Assembly: GCA_039935735.1 (NCBI GenBank)
Contig: JBDTJR010000138.1
Coordinates: forward strand, 1-47,984
Length of the DNA stretch: 47,984 bases
From: Chthoniobacterales bacterium
GTDB lineage: Bacteria; Verrucomicrobiota; Verrucomicrobiia; Chthoniobacterales; JBDTJR01
Reading direction: 5' to 3'
A program made the position numbers and the translations under genes. The notes below the pieces were generated by a model, which saw nothing but the letters and a program-made list of their open reading frames with translations, did no database searches and was not told the origin of the DNA. How positions within the stretch are numbered: the stretch's first letter is position 1; each line of letters opens with the position of its first letter. Positions 37,282 through 46,439 of this stretch are shown one piece after another.

Positions 37282-39363
37282 TTAACTTGCTGCGGGAATT
37301 TCCGGCGTCTTTTGCTTTTCAGTAAACTCGCGGGCAAGCTTGTCCATTTCTGGAGTGCCTTCCGCGAGACCCATTCCGATTTTTTCGCTGAGCAATACGG
37401 CCATCAGTTGGCTGAAAAGATTATTTCCATTGGAAATACCGTTTTCAGACTGTCCGCTTCCACTGTCTCCCATGACGAAGAGACGTTCCGGTACAAGCGG
37501 TTGAGCACTACGTGCGAAATGTTCCGCGACGAGGTTTACGGCAAACAGCTTCGGATCTCCGTAAGCACGGATTTTCTGAAGCGATACTGTCGCTTCGGAA
37601 AGACCGATCTGCGCGATCTTGGAAGCTTCACCTTTACCAAGAAGCTCCTGTGATCTTGACTGACCTTCGGCCAGCGCAATGTCCTTTTTGGCAATACGCT
37701 GTGCTTCGGCAAGGAGTGCCTCGCCCCGGTTGGCCGAGACTTCGATCTCGATTTTGGTTTCCGTCAATTGCTTCTGCTTTTCAGCCGCCGCATTGGCCTG
37801 GTTTAGTTGTTTCAACTGATTCGCGGCTTCCTCCTGCTTGACGTAGGTTTCCTTGCGTTCTTCCGCCAAACGACGCTGACGTAACTGATCGAAGAGCTGT
37901 TCGATCGGATCGATCTGGTTTTCAGCCGTAATTTTCGACTCGGGTCGTCCGATGAGGACAGCGACGCAGTTGATATCATACTCCGTGAAGCGGCGTCCGA
38001 GCTCGGCGGTGGCGCGTTTCTGGATGTCTTCACGCTTGAGTAACAGGTCCAGCATGTTTGAGGACTGAGCCACGTCGCGGAAGTAGGCGGTCAATATCGG
38101 ATCAAGCGTCTGGCTGATGAGACGTTTCACATCACCAAACCGCTGCACCACGCTGGATGCTTTTTCGTAATCGATATGAATAACCAGCGAGAGCGGGAGC
38201 ACAGGCTCGTAGGCATCCGCCGTTACCAGTTCGATACTGTTCAGACCTTCATCATAGTGGTGAAGCTCCGTGCGACCGGTGATCCAGCGAAGAACGAAGT
38301 TCACCGTTGGAACAAGCTCCACTTTCAGGGCGTAGGGGTTAAGCGCATACTTGCCGGGAGGCAATGCCTGACGCCATACACCACGCTGACCGCTTTCGAC
38401 CTGCTCGCCGTAGCGGAAGCTCTCTCCGGTAGTATCACTTCCGAGATTTCCGTAGTAAGCCACGACCACACCCACATATCCAATCGGGATGACGGTCTTC
38501 GGCTGCGTCTCGACGGTGGCAAACCAACGGTTAATAAAAAAGGTACCGTCCGTGAGCACCTGGAGCTGCTTGCCTCGTTTACCACCGAGAGCAAGAAACG
38601 CCTCCGGGTCCTGGAAGTAATTGTGACTCGTGCTTTCCACGCCTTTGACTTCCGGCGCGATCAGCTGACCCGATTCGATGACGGGACCGTCCTGCACGCT
38701 TACCACACCGATATTATCGGATGGAAGCAGTGTGACATTGGCATCAGCGGGAATTTTGCCAGCCAAATTCTGGCTGCCATGGCCAATAACGACGGGATCA
38801 AACCCGCGAATCTGACTCAGCTGGTCCTGCCATTGTTCGTAATTCGTGCCTTCCCGGTCGCGAAGAGGTCCCGAGTAAAAGAAGTCCTCGGTAATCACGA
38901 CGAACAGGGCAAGATTCAGCGCATATACACCTTCACGAAGGATAAGGCGCTGGCGTCCACGTTGCCCGCTATTGGTCAGGAATGCGCGTGCATCCTGGAA
39001 GTGTGTACAGTCTACGACACGGCCCAGTGTCTGCACGGGAGGCAACGGGTCGCCATCTCGCGCATAAATATAGCCGATCTTTCCCTCGGAAATCGTGACA
39101 AGCGGTTGCTTGTGCACACGATATTGCCACGGGAAGAAGCCGAAGTGCAGACCGCCTCGGAGGAGTTCGGCCTGGTAGCCGGCCTCTCCGGTAAGGGCGA
39201 TGATGCGTCCTTCTTTCAGGGAGCCTCTGGACGACCAGAGTTTTTCAATGATGCCGATGCTGGTATGTGGAATATACCGCACGCCAAGCAGTCGGGGTAG
39301 GAAGTACAAAAAGATCAAAAGACAGATTGTACCGAGTATATATATCAGGGTTTGTATGTTCAT
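37282..39363 (-). CDS. flotillin/SPFH (band 7) family protein with long C-terminal coiled coil
   Basis: 693 aa. N-terminal TM (ILGTICLLIFLYFL), SPFH domain, then Ala/Glu/Gln-rich coiled coil (EEAANQLKQLNQANAAAEKQKQLTE ... LAEAQRIAKKDIALAEGQ) as in YqiK/FloT-type flotillins. No NfeD partner gene is adjacent. Confidence 0.75.
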   Translation of the reverse strand: MNIQTLIYILGTICLLIFLYFLPRLLGVRYIPHTSIGIIEKLWSSRGSLKEGRIIALTGEAGYQAELLRGGLHFGFFPWQYRVHKQPLVTISEGKIGYIYARDGDPLPPVQTLGRVVDCTHFQDARAFLTNSGQRGRQRLILREGVYALNLALFVVITEDFFYSGPLRDREGTNYEQWQDQLSQIRGFDPVVIGHGSQNLAGKIPADANVTLLPSDNIGVVSVQDGPVIESGQLIAPEVKGVESTSHNYFQDPEAFLALGGKRGKQLQVLTDGTFFINRWFATVETQPKTVIPIGYVGVVVAYYGNLGSDTTGESFRYGEQVESGQRGVWRQALPPGKYALNPYALKVELVPTVNFVLRWITGRTELHHYDEGLNSIELVTADAYEPVLPLSLVIHIDYEKASSVVQRFGDVKRLISQTLDPILTAYFRDVAQSSNMLDLLLKREDIQKRATAELGRRFTEYDINCVAVLIGRPESKITAENQIDPIEQLFDQLRQRRLAEERKETYVKQEEAANQLKQLNQANAAAEKQKQLTETKIEIEVSANRGEALLAEAQRIAKKDIALAEGQSRSQELLGKGEASKIAQIGLSEATVSLQKIRAYGDPKLFAVNLVAEHFARSAQPLVPERLFVMGDSGSGQSENGISNGNNLFSQLMAVLLSEKIGMGLAEGTPEMDKLAREFTEKQKTPEIPAAS

Positions 39364-39537
39364 GGTTGTTGTATTGTGTGTTTGTGTTGCATAAAAAATC
39401 GCTGAGTCGCAGGTGCAGAAATACGTCGGTATTCGCTGGCGATTTATAAGGCGGGGTTTGTATCCCGCTGCTAAATGCGCCGGACAAATGCCGCAGAAAT
39501 TCTGCGGGGTGGAGGGTTGGCCTAAATGCCCCGGCCG

Positions 39538-39567
39538 AAAAAAAAGACCGGGTCTTTCGACCTGGCC
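39538..39567 (-). terminator. candidate intrinsic terminator on minus strand inside long intergenic region
   Basis: Minus-strand RNA reads CCAGGUC-GAAA-GACCCGG (7 bp stem with one A.C mismatch, GNRA loop), followed directly by UCUUUUUUUU (plus-strand A8 run at 39538-39545). Confidence 0.45.
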
Positions 39568-39604
39568 GTATGAGAAGTTTGGATCATAGGATCAACTAGC
39601 GGCG

Positions 39605-39632
39605 ATAATAAAACTTCCCTATGGAGGGTCAA
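39605..39632 (-). promoter_or_regulatory. candidate sigma70-like promoter on minus strand (TTGACC - 16 bp - TATTAT)
   Basis: rc of 39627-39632 = TTGACC. rc of 39605-39610 = TATTAT. Spacer 16 bp. It would initiate about 60 nt upstream of the minus-strand terminator at 39538-39567. Confidence 0.3.
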
Positions 39633-39650
39633 TGAAAACCGGAGTTCTCT

Positions 39651-39658
39651 CTGTATAA
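39651..39658 (+). promoter_or_regulatory. extended -10 element (TGTATAAT) upstream of lipoprotein gene
   Basis: TGTATAAT at 39651-39658, about 92 nt upstream of the ATG at 39750. The -35 is poor, but the TGn extension can compensate. Confidence 0.35.
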
Positions 39659-39749
39659 TTCGTTTTGCTCAGAGAAGGGGTCTCGCTAAAAATGCTTTTC
39701 GATTGAATTTGCCGCTGTTTCTGGCATTAAATAGCGCAATATTCACCTT

Positions 39750-40166
39750 ATGAAAAAGATTGTTCCTATCCTTCTAGCTATCAGTGCCCTCGCGATGCTT
39801 CCTTCCTGCGTCACGACAAAGGCAATCGCCCGTAATAAATCCACCAGTGAGCAATGGCTCGCAAGCCAGCATAAGGCTCAGCCTAGAATCAATGTGACGG
39901 GAACTTATACCTCCGTTGTCTATCATTGGGGCGGCGCTCAGCTTGCCCAAAATGGTTCCCAGGTTACCGGAACAATTGGAAGCTACACCTTGCATGGCGT
40001 AGTTCGGGGAACTCACGTATATTTGCTCGCTGTTAACGGCGGCCTGAATAAATATTCCATGATCCTCAATGCAAAGGGTGACAACCTTCAGGGCGCTTTC
40101 TCCGACTCGATCCCCTTCTCGATTCAGGATGCGGAACAGATCACGCTGGAAAAAATCAGTCTGTAA
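39750..40166 (+). CDS. lipoprotein, hypothetical
   Basis: 138 aa. Signal peptide with lipobox (LAMLPSC). Mature part is Thr/Gly-rich and beta-like. No recognised family. Confidence 0.6.
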   Translation: MKKIVPILLAISALAMLPSCVTTKAIARNKSTSEQWLASQHKAQPRINVTGTYTSVVYHWGGAQLAQNGSQVTGTIGSYTLHGVVRGTHVYLLAVNGGLNKYSMILNAKGDNLQGAFSDSIPFSIQDAEQITLEKISL

Positions 40167-40193
40167 ATTAAATACCACCTTTAATATTCCAAA

Positions 40194-40228
40194 TGCGCCA
40201 CCAGGAAATTGGTGGCGCATTTTTTTAA
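40194..40228 (+). terminator. rho-independent terminator downstream of lipoprotein gene, abutting next start codon
   Basis: Stem TGCGCCACC/GGTGGCGCA (9 bp), loop AGGAAATT, then TTTTTTTAA. The aminopeptidase ATG follows 3 nt later (40231). Confidence 0.75.
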
Positions 40229-40230
40229 TC

Positions 40231-41343
40231 ATGCAAGATATACGCTGTCAAAAACTCGCTGAAGTTCTCATCGGTCACTCCACAAAGTTGAAAGCCGGGG
40301 AAAAAGTTCTCATTGATGCCCACGATATTCCCGATGAAATGGTCATCGAGTTGATCCGTGCCGCCCGCAAGCGTAAGGCGCTTCCTTTTGTCCAGATTCA
40401 TCGCGCGCGTATCAGCCGTGAGATCGGTCTCGCGGTCGAGGAAGGGCAATTAAATATTACGAGCGAAGTGGAGCTCTCGCGCATGAAAAAAATGGATGCG
40501 TATATCGCGCTCCGCGGTAGCCATAACATCACGGAAACCTCGGATATTCCCGAAGATCGCATGCGTCTGATCGGTTCCAAAATGCGGCCCGTTCTTGACT
40601 ACCGCATTAATAAGACGAAATGGGTCGTGCTTCGCTGGCCCACTCCCGCCATGGCGCAGCAGGCGCAGATGAGCACGGAAGCGTTTGAGGACTTTTTCTT
40701 TAAGGTCTGCACACTGGATTATTCAAAGATGCGTCCCGGCATGGCCGCATTGAAAAAACTGATGGAGCGTACGAATCGGGTTGAAATTACCGGACCGGAA
40801 ACGGATCTACGATTCAGCATCAAGGGAATCGGCGCGGTGACCTGCGGTGGCGACCGTAATATTCCCGATGGCGAAGTATTCTCCTGCCCGGTGAAAGACA
40901 GCGTCGAAGGTTACGTTAGTTTTAACGCGCCGAGCATTTATCAAGGTGTTGCGTTCGATAACGTGCGGCTGGAATTTAAGAGCGGCAAGGTCGTCAAAGC
41001 GACGGCGAACAATACGAAGAAGCTGAATGAGATTCTCGATTCCGATGCAGGCGCCCGCTACATAGGTGAATTTTCGCTGGCCTTCAATCCCTACATTCTC
41101 CACCCGATTCGCGATATTCTCTTCGACGAAAAAATCGCGGGCTCCTTCCATTTCACACCCGGTCAGGCGTATGAAATTGCGGGTAATGGAAATACCAGCC
41201 AGATTCACTGGGATATGGTTTGCATCCAGCGCAAGGACTACGGCGGTGGCGAAGTGTGGTTCGATGGAAAGCTCATCCGCAAGGATGGTCTGTTTGTGCC
41301 GACGGCCCTGCAGGCGCTCAATCCCGCGAGATTGAAAAGTTAA
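40231..41343 (+). CDS. aminopeptidase, M29 (AmpS/PepS/aminopeptidase T) family
   Basis: The track ORF starts at 40069, but that reading frame runs through the upstream terminator. I set the start to ATG 40231 ([30 protein letters not shown]), which matches the canonical M29 N-terminus. 370 aa. Confidence 0.75.
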   Translation: MQDIRCQKLAEVLIGHSTKLKAGEKVLIDAHDIPDEMVIELIRAARKRKALPFVQIHRARISREIGLAVEEGQLNITSEVELSRMKKMDAYIALRGSHNITETSDIPEDRMRLIGSKMRPVLDYRINKTKWVVLRWPTPAMAQQAQMSTEAFEDFFFKVCTLDYSKMRPGMAALKKLMERTNRVEITGPETDLRFSIKGIGAVTCGGDRNIPDGEVFSCPVKDSVEGYVSFNAPSIYQGVAFDNVRLEFKSGKVVKATANNTKKLNEILDSDAGARYIGEFSLAFNPYILHPIRDILFDEKIAGSFHFTPGQAYEIAGNGNTSQIHWDMVCIQRKDYGGGEVWFDGKLIRKDGLFVPTALQALNPARLKS

Positions 41344-41358
41344 TCAGGAATACGAAAT

Positions 41359-42711
41359 CTATGTTGGTTTCTTTTTCGAGGATTCCTCGAATTGCTGACG
41401 CCAAAAATCGAGACGTTCCTTGATACGTTTTTCCAATCCGTTTTCGGTGGGCTCGTAATAGACGCGACCCTCGGGGAGATAGGCTTGTGGAACGTAGCCG
41501 CCATCATAGTCATGGCTGTATTTGTAATCCTTGCCATGCCCGAGCTTCTTTGCGCCTGCGTAGTGTGAGTCACGCAAGTGCGCGGGTACGGCGAGAGTGC
41601 GACCTTCCTTGATATCTTTCATCGCAGCACCAATGCCCATGTAGGAGCGGTTACTCTTCGGCGCGGTCGCGATATAAACCGTCGCATGGGCCAGCGGAAT
41701 CTGCGCTTCCGGCATTCCGACAAATTCCACCGCTTGCTGTGCCGCGACTGCGACCACGAGCGCATTCGAATCTGCAAGACCGACATCTTCACTCGCGCAA
41801 ATTACGATACGCCGTGCAATGAAGCGAATGTCTTCCCCTGCATGCAGCATCTTCGCGAGCCAGTAGAGTGCGGCATCGGGATCTGAGCCCCGCATACTTT
41901 TGATGAAGGCGCTGATGGTATCGTAATGTTCGTCTCCATCTCCGTCATAGACAACGGCTTTTTGCTGGATGCTTTCCTCTGCGACCTGGAGTGTAATGTG
42001 AACGGCACCATCCGCCGTTGTCTGCGTAGTACGTGCGGCGATGTCCAAAGCATTGAGACATTTTCGGCCATCTCCGTCGCTTATGACGGCGAGATGTTTC
42101 GCCGCATCATCATCTATGCGGACATTCATTTTCCCAAGACCGCGCTCGGCATCCTTGATCGCGCGCTGCATGAGTTCGAGAAGATCAGATTCGCTCAGAG
42201 GCTCGAGTTGAAAAACCTGTGAGCGGGAGACGAGCGGGCTGTTGACGTAAAAATACGGATTATGTGTCGTAGCCCCGATGAGGCGAATCCCCCCGCTTTC
42301 CACGCTGGGCAGCAATACATCCTGCTGCGCTTTGTTAAAGCGATGAATTTCATCGATAAAAAGAATCGTGCGTTCACCACGTTCGCGCAGCCGGAGCTGT
42401 CCCGCCGCGATCACTTTGCGGACTTCTCCCGTAGACCCTTCGACCCCGCTCACTTCCTCAAAGCGCGAATTAGTCGAGGCCGCAATGACTCTCGCTAGAC
42501 TGGTTTTTCCCACTCCCGGAGGGCCATACAGAATAATGGATGCGATGCGGTCAGCCTCTATGGCGCGGCGTAAAAGCTTACCCTCTCCGAGGATATGACG
42601 CTGCCCGGCGACTTCGTCCAGCGTTCGGGGACGCATACGCGCCGCCAGCGGTGCATTTTCTGCAATAACCGCTTCATCCACTGGCTCCGTAAAGAAATCC
42701 TCCACCTTCAT
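41359..42711 (-). CDS. rarA: replication-associated recombination protein A (AAA+ ATPase RarA/MgsA)
   Basis: 450 aa. Walker A ILYGPPGVGKTSLARVIA, Walker B ILFIDEIHRFNKAQQDVLLPSVE, and the C-terminal MgsA helical domain. Confidence 0.9.
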   Translation of the reverse strand: MKVEDFFTEPVDEAVIAENAPLAARMRPRTLDEVAGQRHILGEGKLLRRAIEADRIASIILYGPPGVGKTSLARVIAASTNSRFEEVSGVEGSTGEVRKVIAAGQLRLRERGERTILFIDEIHRFNKAQQDVLLPSVESGGIRLIGATTHNPYFYVNSPLVSRSQVFQLEPLSESDLLELMQRAIKDAERGLGKMNVRIDDDAAKHLAVISDGDGRKCLNALDIAARTTQTTADGAVHITLQVAEESIQQKAVVYDGDGDEHYDTISAFIKSMRGSDPDAALYWLAKMLHAGEDIRFIARRIVICASEDVGLADSNALVVAVAAQQAVEFVGMPEAQIPLAHATVYIATAPKSNRSYMGIGAAMKDIKEGRTLAVPAHLRDSHYAGAKKLGHGKDYKYSHDYDGGYVPQAYLPEGRVYYEPTENGLEKRIKERLDFWRQQFEESSKKKPT

Positions 42712-42769
42712 ATTATGCCGTCGCTCGGTTTCGCTCGCAAGTTGTTGTGAACCTTTCTATAATACTCCC

Positions 42770-43219
42770 GTGACAAAGATACTTGTTCCTATCGATTTTA
42801 GTGATTCTACCCCACGGGTTCTCGATGCGGCGCTGAATCTGGCCAGATCGCTTGATGCGCATCTGATCCTGCTTCATGTCGTGGAGCCGGTTACCCAGTT
42901 TGTGGGCGGTGAAGCGGCTTTTGATATTATCCAGGCGCCGGTTACTCCGAGTCTGGATCGCCCTACGCAGGACCTTGCAAGGCAGGCATCTCACTTGCAG
43001 GAGAAAGGCATTCAAACCTCTTCGGTTATCACAACGGGCCTGCCCGTGGATGATATTCTGGAAGAAAGCGACAAACATAGTGTGGATTACATAGTGCTCG
43101 GCTCTCATGGGCACGGTGCGCTTTACCACCTTTTCTCCGGCAGTGTCGTCAATGGCGTGTTGCATGGAGCGCATTGCCCCGTGATCGTGGTTCCTGCTAC
43201 CGATAAAAAAGAAGCATAA
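42770..43219 (+). CDS. uspA: universal stress protein (UspA family)
   Basis: 149 aa, GTG start. KILVPIDFSDSTPRVLDAALNLA ... and the C-terminal ATP-binding motif YIVLGSHGHGALYHLFSGSVVNGVLHGAHCPVIVV. Confidence 0.85.
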   Translation: MTKILVPIDFSDSTPRVLDAALNLARSLDAHLILLHVVEPVTQFVGGEAAFDIIQAPVTPSLDRPTQDLARQASHLQEKGIQTSSVITTGLPVDDILEESDKHSVDYIVLGSHGHGALYHLFSGSVVNGVLHGAHCPVIVVPATDKKEA

Positions 43220-43231
43220 AATCTCCGCACA

Positions 43232-44392
43232 TTACGGCAGCAATTCGCCATAAATTTTTTCAAGATTTGCGGCTTGGGCGGCGCTGGAAAATTCGCGATG
43301 GATGCGCGCAAACGCGGCTTTTGACATTTCCTGATAGCGATTGTCATCTTTGGCTAAGATTCCCAACGCATTAACGAGTGCAGGCACGTCGTTTTCAGGA
43401 ACGATAAACCCCTCCACTTCATTGGTAGCGGCTTCGGGAATACCGCCATGTTCCGTGGCGATGATCGGAAGTCCTTCCGCCATCGCTTCGAGCATCGCAT
43501 TCGGAATGCCTTCCCGATCACCCTCTTCGGTAACCCTGCTGGGATGAAGAAAAAGGTGGGTCTTGCGGAAAAGCTCTTGTAGCCGTGGCTGCGAAAGAAA
43601 TCCCACCAAGTGTACTTTTTCGGTGATTTTCAGCTCTTCCGCCAATTTTTGTAGCTTTTCCTTTTCAGGTCCTTCTCCGGCGATGAAAAACTCCGCTTCG
43701 GGATGGGTTTTGGAAAACTCCGCAAAGGCACGCAGGGATAAATCGAGGCCCTTTTTTTCGATCAATCGGCAGGCTTGCAGTATCCGCCATGCGCCGTTTT
43801 CCGGCGGAGTGCGTGGCTCGTATACGGTCTTTTGAGGAATCAGCGTCCGAAATACCCGTAGCTTTTCCGCAGGACATCCCAACTTTACGAGGTCATCGCC
43901 CAATGCCCTGGAGCGACAGCCAATGAGGGCCGCACGAGCAAAAATTTCCTCCAGGGTCTTCTGAATCTGTGGACTAATCCGCCCGCCTGCGACATCCGCA
44001 CCGTGAAAGGAAACGACAATCGGCACAGGGCTGTTTCGCAGTAATGGCAGAAGATGAACGGCGACGTTTCCAAAAAATACATGCAGAATTTTAGCATCTT
44101 CGCCGCGTAAAATTTGAAGCATCGCGCTTGTTTCGCTCTCACTTAACTGCCAGGGGAGACCCGTGATATGCTTCTCAAAAAATCGACCGAGAAATCGCCA
44201 TTTATCCCGGGGAATCAGATGCAGAGGTTCAAAAGGAAAGGTCTCCGCGTTCTTTCGCTTCTGGGTGAGGACAACAGGAGTGAAATTTTTAAGGGCCAGA
44301 ATCTGCCGATAAATGTGCCACATTTCCGGCTGTAGAAACGTGGAACAAAAAAATGCGATACGGGGGGATGAAATAATCGAACTCTGGGACAT
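43232..44392 (-). CDS. glycosyltransferase, GT4-like (GT-B fold)
   Basis: 386 aa. C-terminal half has the EX7E-type retaining GT motif region (FIAGEGPEKEKL ... EGIPNAMLEAMAEGLPIIATEHGGIPE). Confidence 0.75.
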   Translation of the reverse strand: MSQSSIISSPRIAFFCSTFLQPEMWHIYRQILALKNFTPVVLTQKRKNAETFPFEPLHLIPRDKWRFLGRFFEKHITGLPWQLSESETSAMLQILRGEDAKILHVFFGNVAVHLLPLLRNSPVPIVVSFHGADVAGGRISPQIQKTLEEIFARAALIGCRSRALGDDLVKLGCPAEKLRVFRTLIPQKTVYEPRTPPENGAWRILQACRLIEKKGLDLSLRAFAEFSKTHPEAEFFIAGEGPEKEKLQKLAEELKITEKVHLVGFLSQPRLQELFRKTHLFLHPSRVTEEGDREGIPNAMLEAMAEGLPIIATEHGGIPEAATNEVEGFIVPENDVPALVNALGILAKDDNRYQEMSKAAFARIHREFSSAAQAANLEKIYGELLP

Positions 44393-44469
44393 TCCGTTGC
44401 GTTCTCTAACGCATTATCTCGCGAAGCTTCTCTGAGCGAGATTTTTATGCCGAAACGAGGGAATAAACC

Positions 44470-44775
44470 TCAGTATTGAAAACCAAAAATGATGAAGCCC
44501 TCGGGCTTTCCGGGATCGTTAAGGCCACGCGATATATTCTGGTCACCGCTACCATACTCCTTGGGAGCAAGGGGATTGATCATTTGAAGAGGCGTGGGCG
44601 AGCGAAAAATCTGGGCAACAATGCCCTGCATATTTACAGAAGGTTTGATGATGGTTGTTTTCACGACCTTCTTCTTCGGGGCCGTAAAGCCATCTGCGGG
44701 TTTAACCGCAGGATCCTGTGCCTGAAGCGATGCGGCAGCCAAAATGGCCAGAAAACTTATCAAAATCAGCTTCAT
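44470..44775 (-). CDS. small secreted hypothetical protein
   Basis: 101 aa. Signal peptide MKLILISFLAILAAASLQAQ. No recognised family. Confidence 0.45.
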   Translation of the reverse strand: MKLILISFLAILAAASLQAQDPAVKPADGFTAPKKKVVKTTIIKPSVNMQGIVAQIFRSPTPLQMINPLAPKEYGSGDQNISRGLNDPGKPEGFIIFGFQY

Positions 44776-44866
44776 ATCCCTTAAATACCTACCATAAAGG
44801 GCATCGCAGGGAAAGCGTCGTTTGCGCTTATCTTCTTTTTTTGCTTAACTGCGAACTTTACGCCCA

Positions 44867-45838
44867 ATGAATTATATCGAAAAAGCTAAACGGGTGTGCG
44901 AAATCGAAATCGAAGAGCTTCAGCGGATGACCGCCGGGCTGGACGATTCTTTCGTGCAAGCCGTCGAACTTATCCGCTCCACGGTGGAAAATCGTGGCAA
45001 AATCGTCGTTTTGGGCGTCGGAAAATCCGGCAATATCGGCGAAAAAATCGCGGCGACTCTCACGAGCACCGGCTCTCCTGCCGTGGTGCTGAATTCCCTC
45101 AATGCCCTGCATGGCGATCTCGGCGTGATATCCGATGGCGACGTGATCCTTGTCCTCAGCCATAGCGGCGAAACGGATGAGATTATCAATGTCCTTCCCG
45201 CCCTTATGCGCTTCGATGTCAAAATCATCGCGATGACCGGCGACCCCGATTCTACATTGGCGAAGACAAGCAATGTGCATCTCAAAGTCGAGATCAGCCA
45301 GGAAGCGTGCCCTCTGAATCTTGCCCCTACTTCAAGCACGACCTGCATGCTGGTGCTTGGCGATGCGCTCGCCATGGTATTGTTGGAGGCGAGGGGATTT
45401 GATAAAGACGACTTTGCAAAATTTCATCCCGGTGGTCGCCTTGGTCGCGGCCTTTTGCTCCGGGTAAACCAAATCATGCGCGGAACGGACCAGATCGCCA
45501 TGGTGGGATTAGAAGCAACTGTTCTTGAAGCCGTGCAGGCGATGACCACGCATCGTGCAGGTGCCGCAGTGATCGTGGAAAGCGATGGAAAACTCGCCGG
45601 AATTTTCACCCACGGCGACTTTGCCCGCTATTTTGCCGAGGTAAAAGACATTGGATCGCATAAAGTTCGTGAATTTATGACGGTTGGCCCCATTGTCATT
45701 TCCGGTGACAAGCTGGCAGCGGAAGCGCTTCATGTGTTGGAAACACATCGGATTGACGATTTGGTTGTCCTGGATGAGAATCGGCATCCGATCGGGGTGA
45801 TTGATTCGCAGGATCTCTCTCGCTTGAAAATTATTTAA
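44867..45838 (+). CDS. kdsD: arabinose-5-phosphate isomerase (KpsF/GutQ family: SIS domain + tandem CBS)
   Basis: 323 aa. SIS motif VVLGVGKSGNIGEKIAATLTSTGSPA ... VLSHSGETDE and the C-terminal CBS pair. Confidence 0.85.
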   Translation: MNYIEKAKRVCEIEIEELQRMTAGLDDSFVQAVELIRSTVENRGKIVVLGVGKSGNIGEKIAATLTSTGSPAVVLNSLNALHGDLGVISDGDVILVLSHSGETDEIINVLPALMRFDVKIIAMTGDPDSTLAKTSNVHLKVEISQEACPLNLAPTSSTTCMLVLGDALAMVLLEARGFDKDDFAKFHPGGRLGRGLLLRVNQIMRGTDQIAMVGLEATVLEAVQAMTTHRAGAAVIVESDGKLAGIFTHGDFARYFAEVKDIGSHKVREFMTVGPIVISGDKLAAEALHVLETHRIDDLVVLDENRHPIGVIDSQDLSRLKII

Positions 45839-45867
45839 GAATATCCTCCAACAAACTAAAACAAATT

Positions 45868-46425
45868 ATGGCAGCAGCAAATGATCTAAGAAAAGGAATG
45901 GCGATTCGCTACAATAGCAACCCCGCCATCGTGCTTGAAGTCCAGCATCGCACCCCCGGAAACCTCCGCGCATTTGTGCAGGTACTGATTCGTTATATTA
46001 ATACGGGCAAGACGGCGGATATCCGTTTTTCCTCCACGGAAAAAGTGGATCTCGTCGATATCAACCGGCAGGAACTCGAGTTCAGCTATAACGATCACGA
46101 AGGCTACCACTTCATGGACCCCGTGAGCTTTGATACCGTGACCTTGAATGAAGACCTGCTCGGCGAGGTAAAGGACTACCTCATCGAAAATCTTAAGGTT
46201 GAAGTGCTGAGTATCGAGGGACGTCCCGCTCAGGTGGAATTGCCTGCCTCTGTCATCATGACGGTGAAAGAATCCGCAGACGGTATTCGTGGCGACTCGG
46301 CAAACAATGTGCAAAAACCCGCGACCATGGAGACGGGCAAGATCATTAACGTTCCCCTCTTTATTAAAGAAGGGGAGAAAATCAAAATCGACACGCGTAC
46401 CGGCACCTACATGGGCCGGGCATAA
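45868..46425 (+). CDS. efp: elongation factor P, with Asn at the normally modified loop-tip position
   Basis: 185 aa. Ungapped alignment to E. coli EF-P through NDxRxG ... PG ... AF ... TG ... F.ST. The E. coli PGK34GQAF loop is PGNLRAF here. Confidence 0.9.
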   Translation: MAAANDLRKGMAIRYNSNPAIVLEVQHRTPGNLRAFVQVLIRYINTGKTADIRFSSTEKVDLVDINRQELEFSYNDHEGYHFMDPVSFDTVTLNEDLLGEVKDYLIENLKVEVLSIEGRPAQVELPASVIMTVKESADGIRGDSANNVQKPATMETGKIINVPLFIKEGEKIKIDTRTGTYMGRA

Positions 46426-46439
46426 CCCAGGAAAACCTC

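Noticed and set aside
40069-40230. 54 aa N-terminal extension of the aminopeptidase ORF
   Set aside because: It reads through the lipoprotein 3' end and a strong terminator hairpin. The M29 consensus N-terminus starts at MQDIRC (40231).
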